NCBI GenBank assembly: GCA_039588275.1
Contig: JBDHAC010000003.1
Coordinates: 56,855 to 120,854, forward strand
Source of the DNA: Gemmatimonadota bacterium
GTDB lineage: Bacteria; Gemmatimonadota; Gemmatimonadetes; Palauibacterales; Palauibacteraceae
Reading direction: 5' to 3'
Length of the DNA stretch: 64,000 bases
In this document: piece by piece, positions 18,806 through 27,107 of the stretch
Layout of the letters: each line of letters opens with the position of its first letter
How positions within the stretch are numbered: position 1 is the first letter of the stretch
The notes under the pieces: generated by a model
Seen by the model: the letters and a program-made list of their open reading frames with translations, nothing else
Database searches by the model: none
What the model was told of the DNA's origin: nothing
Translations under genes and position numbers: made by a program

Positions 18806-19591
18806 CTAACATTTCCCGGCCTTTCCGGCATTGTAGATCGCCCGGACCTCAGCACCCGTGAGCGCTCGGCCCCAGTAGCCGACCTCATCAACAAGACCGT
18901 TGAACTCGAAGTCGCTCGCCGGCGGGCCGAGGCTCTCGTCACGTCGTCCGATTCCGAGCCAGGTGTCAGCCACGCGGATCGAGGTGGCGACCAGGGAGCC
19001 CGCTTCCGCACCGTTCACATAAAACCGCACCGTGAAGCCGTCCCACGTGAGCGCGAGGTGCGTCCACACGTCGATGCTCGCCGGGGCTGCGATTACGGCC
19101 GCCTGGTTGTTGTCGGCTTGGCGGATAAAACCGCGCCACACAGAACCGTTGTGGTCAATGACGTACGCCTCGGCATAGGCGGCCCCCTTGCCGACGACGG
19201 CTCCGTTGTTTGGCTGGAAGAAGTCGTGCAGCTTGGCCCAGGCATCGACCGTGAACCCCGGTGGTCCCGATGGGTTGAGATCGGGAGTGTCATCGACCCG
19301 GGCCATCGACCCGGACGACCCGTCGAAGCTGAAGGCCTGTCCCCCACGCGAGGTGACGTAGCCTGAGCTGAAGCCCGCGTTGCCGACCATCACGGCATCG
19401 CTATGGCCTACGAGGTCGTGTCCACTACCGTCGCCCGTCCACCAATGAAGGAGGCCGCTCGGAGGCGCCACGCAGTCAGTTGTTGATGTGGTCGTGATCG
19501 GGAGCGGGAGAAAGTCAGAGCAGGCGTCGAGAGCGAGGATGCAAGCGTCGAACAAGAGCACGCCCAGCGCGAGAACCGTTAACCGCCGCAT
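18806..19591 (-). CDS. secreted/lipoprotein LamG (concanavalin A-like) domain protein
   Basis: Signal-like N-terminus with Cys; CVAPPSGLLHWW, FTVDAW, WTHLALTWDG, FYVNG, FNGLVDEV...RALT; GGAGG before ATG. Confidence 0.82.
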   Translation of the reverse strand: MRRLTVLALGVLLFDACILALDACSDFLPLPITTTSTTDCVAPPSGLLHWWTGDGSGHDLVGHSDAVMVGNAGFSSGYVTSRGGQAFSFDGSSGSMARVDDTPDLNPSGPPGFTVDAWAKLHDFFQPNNGAVVGKGAAYAEAYVIDHNGSVWRGFIRQADNNQAAVIAAPASIDVWTHLALTWDGFTVRFYVNGAEAGSLVATSIRVADTWLGIGRRDESLGPPASDFEFNGLVDEVGYWGRALTGAEVRAIYNAGKAGKC

Positions 19592-19892
19592 CGCGTTCCT
19601 CCGCAGCTAACGAGTGAACGAGCGCGCGACCTGAGATCAAGGCGGTACCGCCGCGCCCGTCATCCACCTGTACCTCTTAGATGCCGCGAGCCGACCAGAT
19701 CTTACACATCCCAAGAGCGCTTGGTGCCCTCGAGCGGTCGCGGTCGAAGGTCGGGAATGAGCTATCACACACGTCAGCCGGCACTTACACCACGACGCGA
19801 CGATGGGGAGCGGGAAAGGGGACCGCGATCCCCCTGACAGCCGGTCGAGTGAGGCGATCGGGTCCCTGAAGAGGGGAACCGGCGGGAGCGCT

Positions 19893-19920
19893 AGTTTACA
19901 GAATGTGTGTTATGCGCCAT
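19893..19920. other. dif-like XerC/XerD recombination site (11-6-11 bp)
   Basis: Minus strand ATGGCGCATAA-CACACA-TTCTGTAAACT; compare E. coli XerC arm GGTGCGCATAA and B. subtilis XerD arm TTATGTAAACT; intergenic, near the point where gene orientation converges. Confidence 0.7.
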
Positions 19921-19961
19921 TAGGCCCAGTGACGAAGGTTGGCCGGGCCAAGAGGGGGTTC

Positions 19962-20660
19962 CTAGCTGCCAGAGTCCGTGAGCCGTCCGCGCAACTCGCC
20001 GAGTCGGATCCTGTACAGCCCTGCCTCGGACGGATCGTCGGCCTCCTCCGCGATTCTCGCGTAGATGGCCACCGCCTCCTCCAGTCGCCCGAGGTCCGTG
20101 AGGATCCGCGCGGCATTTGCCGAAGCCTGCCGGCGCTGGAACGGATATCGGGCCGAGGATCCTATGTCCTGCGAGAGCTGAAGCGCTCGTTCGGGCTCTC
20201 CATTCTGTTCGTACGCGTTCGTGAGCAGCGTGCGCGCCCCGTAGCCGAGCGGAACATCGACCGGGAGGCCCACGGCCTCGAGGACGCGTATGGCGTCCTG
20301 TGAGCGGCCCCCATCGATGTAGAGCCGCGCCAGAACCAGCCGAGCCTCCGCTTCGGAGGGCGTGCCACCGAAGCGCTCGATGAACGCTTCGAGCTGGGAT
20401 GTCAGCGCCGCGGGCTCCGTCCCGCCCGCCATCGCCCGGATCTGGCTCAGCTCGGCGGCTGCCCGCTCGCGCACCGTCGCCACGTACCCGCGATAGTACG
20501 TGATTCCGCCGGCCAGAAGCGCGGCCGCCCCGGTGATCAGGATCGCGCTGCGCAGGTTGTTCTTAAGCCATCGCCACAAACGCAACGTGCCGGCGACGAA
20601 CGCGTCTTCCTGGGACTGTGTCGCGTCGGGCTTGCGACCGTGCGCCAACCGTTCGGGCAT
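19962..20660 (-). CDS. membrane-anchored tetratricopeptide repeat protein (YfgM-like)
   Basis: Single N-terminal TM followed by Ala/Leu-rich TPR helices. Confidence 0.7.
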   Translation of the reverse strand: MPERLAHGRKPDATQSQEDAFVAGTLRLWRWLKNNLRSAILITGAAALLAGGITYYRGYVATVRERAAAELSQIRAMAGGTEPAALTSQLEAFIERFGGTPSEAEARLVLARLYIDGGRSQDAIRVLEAVGLPVDVPLGYGARTLLTNAYEQNGEPERALQLSQDIGSSARYPFQRRQASANAARILTDLGRLEEAVAIYARIAEEADDPSEAGLYRIRLGELRGRLTDSGS

Positions 20661-20677
20661 CTATCTAACGTCCTATC

Positions 20678-21226
20678 TCAACTAGATGCGTCTAAGAGTA
20701 ATAAAGTATTATAGTTATATGAATTCAGCATGTGCCTGCCCGGCAGCCCGTCCAACTCGATCAGGAACCCCAATCCGCAGACGTTGCCCCCGAGCGTCTC
20801 GACGAGATTCGCCGTCGCCCGCGCGGTGCCGCCGGTCGCAAGCAGGTCATCGATCACGAAGATCTGCTCCCCTTCCCGGATGCCTCCGCTCTGCATCTCG
20901 ATCTGTGCGCTCCCGTATTCCAGCGCATAGTCGATCAGGGCCGTGTCGCCCGGAAGCTTGCCCGCTTTACGCGCGAGGACGAACGGGAGCCCGGCCTCCA
21001 ACGCGACCGGCACGCCAAGCAGGAAGCCGCGTGACTCGATCCCGACGATCTTCTCAGCTCCCGCGCCCAACGCCCGTTCCGTCAGCCACCCCACGATCCG
21101 TCTCAGCAAGTGCGGGTCCTCGAAGAGAGGCGTGATGTCGCGGAACAGGACCCCGGGCTCGGGGAAGTCGGGATAGACGTGAAGCGCCTCGGCGACCTCG
21201 TCGACAAGGCTCGATGCATCGCTCAT
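20678..21226 (-). CDS. apt: adenine phosphoribosyltransferase
   Basis: PDFPEPGVLFRDITP, GIESRGF, RKAGKLPG, YALEYG, IDDLLATGGT; start ATG 21226 or GTG 21241. Confidence 0.95.
   Translation of the reverse strand: MSDASSLVDEVAEALHVYPDFPEPGVLFRDITPLFEDPHLLRRIVGWLTERALGAGAEKIVGIESRGFLLGVPVALEAGLPFVLARKAGKLPGDTALIDYALEYGSAQIEMQSGGIREGEQIFVIDDLLATGGTARATANLVETLGGNVCGLGFLIELDGLPGRHMLNSYNYNTLLLLDASS
20708..20713 (-). promoter_or_regulatory. possible internal -10 element (TATAAT) in AT-rich 3' end of apt, upstream of the TPR gene
   Basis: Minus strand ...CATATAACTATAATACTTTATTAC..., about 50 bp upstream of the TPR gene ATG; -35 weak (GGCACA). Confidence 0.4.
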
Positions 21227-21370
21227 ATCGTCGCCAACCACCTCCGTACCGACTCGACCGCACCGCGTTGCGGATGCGGGGTCAGCCCCCTGGAATTCTG
21301 GCGCACAAAGCTACCGGCGAAGAGGTCATGCCGCCACTCGCGAAGCCGTTCACGCGGGTGCACGCCTCCG

Positions 21371-22267
21371 TCAGGTACCCGCCTCGGCTCGATGCCTGCG
21401 ATGACTCCACCAGGTCAGCAGCGAGACGGCCACGAACCCGCCGATGGCGAGGAGGATCACGGGGGCGACGGAGTCCGCGGTGCTCGGCAAGCGCAGCGTG
21501 GTGTCGGCATTCGCCCAGGGCCACAGGGCTCGCAACGAACCGGCCATCAGGCCGATGAGGGCGGCCATGGTGGGATCGTGGTGACGGGCGAGCAGCCAGC
21601 TGAGGAACTTCGCGAACATGCCGAGGCCGAGCCCCGCCCCCAGCGCGAATACGACCAGGAAGAGGAGATCTCGCTCGTCGATGGCTCGAAACGTCGGGGT
21701 GTACATGCCGACCACGAGCAGCAGGTGGGCGCCGCTCACGCCGGGGAGGATCATCGCCGTGATGGCCACGACGGCCGTCAGGAAGATGGCGATGACGCCG
21801 GGGCTACCCGCGTCACGAGGCGGAAGTCCGACCAGCACGAAAGCGGTGACCCCCGCAGCGAGCGCGATCAGCACGTGATGGGCTCTCAATCCAGACATGC
21901 GTAACCAGGGGATCGCGAGCGAGCCGACGATCAGCCCGAAGAACAGCCCACGGCTTTGTTGCGGGTAGGTGTCGAGTAGATACGGAACGATCTTTCCGCC
22001 GACCACGAGGATCGCCACGACGCCGATGGCCAGCCCACCGATCAGCACCCAGTTGATGTCTGCCAGCTTCGTCCTCGCGCCCGCCACATCCAGCCTGGCC
22101 GCCTTCAGGAAGGCGGTGAAGCCCGCCGAGAGCGACGCTATGAGGTCCTCGTAGATGCCGAAGATGAGGGCCATGGTGCCGCCGCTGACGCCGGGAATGA
22201 CGTTGGCGGAGCCGATCACGGCCCCGTGCACTACATGGGTCAGGAATCGCTTGATGGGTGCAGGCAT
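21371..22267 (-). CDS. DUF368 family membrane protein (undecaprenyl-phosphate translocase family)
   Basis: Duplicated motifs ANVIPGVSGGTMALIFGIY and AMILPGVSGAHLLLVVGMY; start ATG 22267 (ORF track start 22360 runs through a repeat). Confidence 0.88.
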   Translation of the reverse strand: MPAPIKRFLTHVVHGAVIGSANVIPGVSGGTMALIFGIYEDLIASLSAGFTAFLKAARLDVAGARTKLADINWVLIGGLAIGVVAILVVGGKIVPYLLDTYPQQSRGLFFGLIVGSLAIPWLRMSGLRAHHVLIALAAGVTAFVLVGLPPRDAGSPGVIAIFLTAVVAITAMILPGVSGAHLLLVVGMYTPTFRAIDERDLLFLVVFALGAGLGLGMFAKFLSWLLARHHDPTMAALIGLMAGSLRALWPWANADTTLRLPSTADSVAPVILLAIGGFVAVSLLTWWSHRRHRAEAGT

Positions 22268-22280
22268 CGAGCTCGCTTCC

Positions 22281-22352
22281 AGCAGATCGAAGTCAGTCAG
22301 CAGGCCGAAGTCAGTTAGCAGGCCGAAATCGGTTACCGGGCCGAAGTCAGTC
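22281..22352. repeat. 18-bp tandem repeat x4 between pcm and the DUF368 gene
   Basis: agcagatcgaagtcagtc / agcaggccgaagtcagtt / agcaggccgaaatcggtt / accgggccgaagtcagtc. Confidence 0.88.
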
Positions 22353-22991
22353 TTGCTCAACCAACGGGACGAAGCGGGCCCGGTCTACGGTCTCCCGCGC
22401 GAACTCGCTCCCGTTCCGCGTGATGCGGAGCAGGGTCTGTTCGCCCTCGTCGCCGATGGGTACGAGGAGACGCCCGCCCTCCCCGAGCTGGGCAAGTAAC
22501 GCGCCAGGTAGGCTCGGCGCGGCCGCGCCGACCAGGATGACGTCGTATGGGGCTCGCTCGGGCCAGCCTCGGCTTCCATCGCCGACGCGGATGTGGGCGG
22601 ACAGACCGATCGCCTCGAGCCGATTACGAGCCACCTCGGCGAGCGGTTCGACGCGCTCCACCGAGTACACCTCCACCCCGAGCGAGACCAGGAGCGCGGT
22701 CTGGAAACCGGATCCCGTTCCCACCTCCAGGGCCCGCTCGCCTCCCACCAGCGCGGCGAGCTGCAGGTGGTACGCGTGGACCGAGGGTCGCGAGATCGTC
22801 TGACCGTGTCCGATCGGAAGCGCGGCGTCGTCGTACGCCTGGTGCTGGAGGGCCTCAGGGACGAAGTGGTGTCGCGGAACGCTGTCGAAGGCGTGCAGGA
22901 TGGCAAGATCCTCGATTCCCGCTGCACGCAGCCGCTCGACCAGTCTGCGCCGGTCGCGCTTGAACTCGCTCAACCCGTCGTGAGCGGCCAC
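22347..22991 (-). CDS. pcm: protein-L-isoaspartate O-methyltransferase
   Basis: VPRHHFVP, AYDDAALPIGHGQTIS, LEVGTGSGFQ, GDGSRGW, APYDVI, RFVPL; GTG 22991 after GAGG. Confidence 0.93.
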   Translation of the reverse strand: MAAHDGLSEFKRDRRRLVERLRAAGIEDLAILHAFDSVPRHHFVPEALQHQAYDDAALPIGHGQTISRPSVHAYHLQLAALVGGERALEVGTGSGFQTALLVSLGVEVYSVERVEPLAEVARNRLEAIGLSAHIRVGDGSRGWPERAPYDVILVGAAAPSLPGALLAQLGEGGRLLVPIGDEGEQTLLRITRNGSEFARETVDRARFVPLVEQD

Positions 22992-23755
22992 GCGCGTACC
23001 TCTTCGATGAGTCGGAAGTTGGTGAGGTCGAGGTGGAGCGGCGTGATAGACACGTACCCGGCCTCGATGGCTCGGAAGTCCGAATCCTCTCGGCCCCGCC
23101 AGTGGCTCTTCCCTCCCCCGATCCACACGTGTTCTCCTCGGTGCGGATCGGCGCTTCGAGTGACGGAGTCCGAATAGACGCGACGCCCGAGGGCCGTTAT
23201 CCGGATCCCCTCGATGCGGTCTGCCGGGAGGTCGGGCAGATTGATGTTGAAGAAGGTCTCCTCGGGAAAGTCCGGCCGCTCCACGAGCCGCCCGAGCACT
23301 TCGGTGAGCAGGGTGCCGTACGATTCGAGCACGTCGATCGAGTCCCCGACATACGAGACCGCGACCGAAGGGATCCCGAGAATCGTTCCCTCCATCGCGG
23401 CGGCCACGGTCCCGGAGTAGAGGACGTCTTCACCCATGTTGGATCCGTGGTTCACTCCGGACAGCACGAAGTCGGGTCGATCTTCGAGCAGGTCGCTCAC
23501 CGCGATCAACACGCAGTCGGTCGGAGTGCCATCCACGGTGTGATGCGTGGGGTCCAGTCGAGTGACGCGCAACGGCCGGTGCAGCGAGAGCGAGTGGCTG
23601 CTGCCGCTCTGCTCTCGATCTGGCGCTACGGTGTGGACCTCACCCAGCGTCGCCGCGGCTTCGGCCAGGACCTGCAGCCCCCGGGCGTCGATTCCGTCGT
23701 CGTTTGTGCAGAGAAGCCGCGGCGGCTCGGTCGTGCTCCTCTCGCTAGCCGGCAT
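22970..23755 (-). CDS. surE: 5'/3'-nucleotidase SurE
   Basis: TNDDG, APDREQSGSSHS, GTPTDCV, SGVNHGSN, YSGTVAAAMEG, SITPL. Confidence 0.96.
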   Translation of the reverse strand: MPASERSTTEPPRLLCTNDDGIDARGLQVLAEAAATLGEVHTVAPDREQSGSSHSLSLHRPLRVTRLDPTHHTVDGTPTDCVLIAVSDLLEDRPDFVLSGVNHGSNMGEDVLYSGTVAAAMEGTILGIPSVAVSYVGDSIDVLESYGTLLTEVLGRLVERPDFPEETFFNINLPDLPADRIEGIRITALGRRVYSDSVTRSADPHRGEHVWIGGGKSHWRGREDSDFRAIEAGYVSITPLHLDLTNFRLIEEVRAWPLTTG

Positions 23756-24119
23756 CGGCTTGCGAGAGGAGTTCCACCAGCTCGTCCGCCTCGCGTCGCA
23801 GGTCGCTGATCGTCTCGGAGTCCCACGCGACCCGGGCGACCTTGTTCAGCTGCCCCTCTCGGCGTAGCTGCTCGAGCTTGAGACGAGCGCCTTCGATAGT
23901 ATATCGCTCGGTGTACAGCAGGTGACGGAGGAGCTGGATGAGCTTGATCTCCTTCCGCCTGTAGACGCGGTTCCCGGCCTGGTTCTTGGAGGGGCGCAGA
24001 ACGGAGAACTGACCCTCCCAATAGCGCAGGACGTGTGGCTTCAGGTCTGCGATCTCGCAGACTTCACCGATCGAGTAGTATTCCTTCTCGGCGATCCGGT
24101 CGGACAACTCTAGCTCCAA
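23745..24119 (-). CDS. MerR family transcriptional regulator
   Basis: YYSIGEV, PHVLRYWE, GNRVYR, YTIEGAR. Confidence 0.9.
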   Translation of the reverse strand: MELELSDRIAEKEYYSIGEVCEIADLKPHVLRYWEGQFSVLRPSKNQAGNRVYRRKEIKLIQLLRHLLYTERYTIEGARLKLEQLRREGQLNKVARVAWDSETISDLRREADELVELLSQADAG

Positions 24120-25120
24120 CGTTCGGGTTTCGGCTCGCGGGCCATCAGACGCGCCAACGCCTCGCGTGGCTCCACGCCCTCGTACAGGATCGAATATACG
24201 CCCTCGACGAGCGGCATCTCCACGCCTAGCCGCCCCGCGAGCTCATGTGCCGCTTTCGTGGTTCGGACCCCCTCCACCACTTGCTCCATCTCCGCGAGCA
24301 CGTCATCGAGCGAGCGTCCACCGCCGATCGCCACGCCGACCGTGCGGTTTCGACTCAGGTCACCGGTGCACGTGAGCACGAGATCTCCGAGTCCGGCCAG
24401 ACCGGCCAGCGTAGTCTCTTCCGCGCCGAAGCGCCCGGCTAACCGCGTGATCTCGGCCAACCCACGGGTGATGAGGGCCGCCCGCGCGTTGCTTCCGAGT
24501 TGAAGGCCATCCGAGATCCCCGCGGCGAGCGCGATGATGTTCTTCAGCGAGCCCCCGAACTCGACACCGACGACATCCGACTGCGTGTACACCCGCAGAT
24601 ACGGGTTCTGGAACAGTCGTTGTACCTCCCCGGCGCTCTCCGCGCTACTGGCCGCGGCGACGACGGCCGTCGGCAATCGGCGCAGAAGCTCGTTCGCGAA
24701 GCTGGGTCCCGAGAACACGACGATCTTGTTCTCAATCGCCGGCCCGAGCACCTCGGCGATCACCTCGGACATCCGCATGTCCGTACCGATCTCGATTCCT
24801 TTGGCCGCGCTGATCAGGATCGGGTTGTCGAGGTGAGGCGACGCCGCTTCCGTGACTTCGCGCACCGCGTGAGACGGGCACGCCAGGAGGACGCACTCCG
24901 CCCCGTCGAGAACCTCCTGGAGGTCCGTCGTTGCCGTCAACGACTCCGCGAGCGTCACGCCCGGCAGGTACTTCGCGTTGGTGGACCGCTCGCGAATCTC
25001 GCTCGCGATGGCGGAGCCTCGGGCCCATATACAGGTCCCGTGGCCGTTGCGTGCCAGCACGTCCGCGAGGGCGGTACCCCAGCTCCCCCCACCGAGCACG
25101 CCGATCCTGCGCGGATTCAC
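24110..25120 (-). CDS. gpsA: NAD(P)H-dependent glycerol-3-phosphate dehydrogenase
   Basis: GGGSWGTALA, KGIE, SGPSFA, LKNIIALAAG, GLGDLVLTC, SRNR; GTG overlaps plsY stop. Confidence 0.95.
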   Translation of the reverse strand: MNPRRIGVLGGGSWGTALADVLARNGHGTCIWARGSAIASEIRERSTNAKYLPGVTLAESLTATTDLQEVLDGAECVLLACPSHAVREVTEAASPHLDNPILISAAKGIEIGTDMRMSEVIAEVLGPAIENKIVVFSGPSFANELLRRLPTAVVAAASSAESAGEVQRLFQNPYLRVYTQSDVVGVEFGGSLKNIIALAAGISDGLQLGSNARAALITRGLAEITRLAGRFGAEETTLAGLAGLGDLVLTCTGDLSRNRTVGVAIGGGRSLDDVLAEMEQVVEGVRTTKAAHELAGRLGVEMPLVEGVYSILYEGVEPREALARLMAREPKPERWS

Positions 25121-25746
25121 GGCTTGCCCTCCTGGTCCGAGCGTTCGAGCGGACGGGGCCGGCGCAATTCGATCCTCATCTCCTCGCGGCGTATGAGGCG
25201 CAGAACGTTGATACGATGCGTCCACCATACGACCCCCGCCAGCAGAAGGGCATACAGAACCGTGTGGCTCGGTGCGGCCGCGGCCCGGGCGAGCGGCGCC
25301 ACGAGCGTGGCCGCGATTAGCGATGCGAGGGATGCGAGGCGCGTCAAGAGAAGCATCCCCACCCACACGAACGCGGCGATGAGCGCGGCCACCGGTGCCA
25401 GGGCGACCAGGGTCCCCGCGGCCGTGGCGACCCCCTTTCCGCCGCGGAATCTCGTGTACACCGGCCAGACGTGACCGACGATGGCCGCCATGCCATAGGC
25501 CAGCTCCCAGGCGCCGGCGCGGCCATCCCACTGAGGAAGGAACCAGACCGGCACGAAGCCCTTGAGCAGATCGATCGCCAGCACGGCCACGGCCGGCTTC
25601 AGGCCGATCACCCGGTAAACGTTGGTTCCGCCGAGGTTTCCACTCCCTTCCCGACGCAGGTCGACACCGTACAGGCGGCCGACGAAATGGCTGGTGGGGA
25701 GCGCACCGACAAGGTACGCGAGAGCCAGGAAGACGTACGGCGTCAT
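25117..25746 (-). CDS. plsY: glycerol-3-phosphate acyltransferase PlsY
   Basis: GSGNLGGTN, DLLKG, GHVWPVY..FRGGKGVAT, HRINV. Confidence 0.95.
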   Translation of the reverse strand: MTPYVFLALAYLVGALPTSHFVGRLYGVDLRREGSGNLGGTNVYRVIGLKPAVAVLAIDLLKGFVPVWFLPQWDGRAGAWELAYGMAAIVGHVWPVYTRFRGGKGVATAAGTLVALAPVAALIAAFVWVGMLLLTRLASLASLIAATLVAPLARAAAAPSHTVLYALLLAGVVWWTHRINVLRLIRREEMRIELRRPRPLERSDQEGKP

Positions 25747-27107
25747 CCGCGCCCGCTTCGCTTCTTGAGCTTGATCCGGAGCGGGCTCCCCTCGAACCCC
25801 CACGCGGTCCGAAACCCCGCCTTCAGGTAGCGCACGTAGTTCTCCTTCACGTCCTGCGGGCGATTCGACCACAGGACGAAGAGCGGCGGAGCCGTGGCTA
25901 CCTGGCTACCGTAGAGCAAGCGGACATCCCCTCGCGCGCCCTGAGGAGGCTGTTGCCGCGCCACGAGCTCTTCGAGCACTCGATTCACCTCCGCGGTCGG
26001 GATGCGCACGCGTCGATTCTCTTGTACGCGGCGGGCGATTTCAAGCACCCGCCGCACCCGCTGCCCCGTCTTGGCCGATGTGGTCACGATCGGGACCCAG
26101 CGAAGATAATGTGCGCGCTCTCGCAGGTCGCGCTCGAAGCTGGCCAGAGCCTGCGGTCCACGGTCCTCGATCAGGTCCCATTTATTGGCCACGAAGACCA
26201 GCCCACAGCCGCCATCCCAGGCGGAATGGCCGATGCGGAAGTCCTGGTTCGCGGCTCCTGCCCGGGCATCGATGAGCTGGAGGCACACGTCGGCACGGCG
26301 AATCGCCGTGGTAGCGCGCAGGCGACCGTAGAACTCGACCTCGTCCTCGACACGAGCCCGCCGCCTCAAGCCGGCCGTGTCGATGAGGCAGATGCGAGTC
26401 CCATCCAGCTCGAGATACGTGTCGATCGCATCTCGCGTCGTCCCGGCCTCCTCGTGAACGATGACCCGCTCCTCGCCGAGCAGCATGTTCACGAAGCTCG
26501 ATTTGCCCACGTTCGGCCGCCCGATCACGGCCAATCGGAGATCCACATCGGGCGCATCTTCGGTCGGGAGCTCGGGGAGAGCCGCCACGACCTGATCCAG
26601 CAAGTCGCCGCTTCCCTTCCCGCTCTGGGCGGATAAAGCGATCGGCGAGCCAAGACCGAGCTCGAAGAACTCGTAGTGCTCAACCGACCCGGCGAGCTCG
26701 TCCACCTTGTTGGCGGCGAGGATCGTGGGGCGGTTCGAACGGCGCAACAGCTCGGCCACGTGCCGATCCAGAGGGTGCACCCCGGCTCGAGCGTCAACCA
26801 TGAAGACGATCGCATCCGAATGCTCCACGGCCGCCAGCACCTGCGCCCGAACCTCGCGATCCATTCGCTCGTCGGGCGACTCCACTATGCCACCCGTGTC
26901 GATCAGCAGGAACGGCCGCCCATCCCATTCGGCTTCCGCGAATTGCCGGTCGCGCGTCACTCCAGGGCGCTCGGCGACGATCGCGATGCGCTGCCCCAAG
27001 ATCCGGTTGAAGAGCGTGGACTTCCCGACGTTGGGGCGGCCCACGATCGCCACCGTGGGGAGAGCTACTCCCGATTCAGAACGTCTATGACGTTGTCCGA
27101 CGGCCAT
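25743..27107 (-). CDS. der: ribosome biogenesis GTPase Der (EngA)
   Basis: Two G domains (GRPNVGKS x2, DTGG/DTAG, NKVD/NKWD), C-terminal KH-like domain; exact start uncertain. Confidence 0.96.
   Translation of the reverse strand: MAVGQRHRRSESGVALPTVAIVGRPNVGKSTLFNRILGQRIAIVAERPGVTRDRQFAEAEWDGRPFLLIDTGGIVESPDERMDREVRAQVLAAVEHSDAIVFMVDARAGVHPLDRHVAELLRRSNRPTILAANKVDELAGSVEHYEFFELGLGSPIALSAQSGKGSGDLLDQVVAALPELPTEDAPDVDLRLAVIGRPNVGKSSFVNMLLGEERVIVHEEAGTTRDAIDTYLELDGTRICLIDTAGLRRRARVEDEVEFYGRLRATTAIRRADVCLQLIDARAGAANQDFRIGHSAWDGGCGLVFVANKWDLIEDRGPQALASFERDLRERAHYLRWVPIVTTSAKTGQRVRRVLEIARRVQENRRVRIPTAEVNRVLEELVARQQPPQGARGDVRLLYGSQVATAPPLFVLWSNRPQDVKENYVRYLKAGFRTAWGFEGSPLRIKLKKRSGRG

Noticed and set aside
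18800..19700. Integron cassette interpretation of the LamG gene (GTTAGC just before the RBS and at the stop)
   Set aside because: No paired RYYYAAC/GTTRRRY with L boxes forming an attC hairpin, and no integrase in the window
20690..20725. Second dif-like site in the AT-rich apt end
   Set aside because: TAA/TTA spacing is 4 or 7 bp rather than 6, and the arms do not match Xer boxes
22281..22352. CRISPR array
   Set aside because: Units are contiguous 18-mers without spacers, and there are no cas genes
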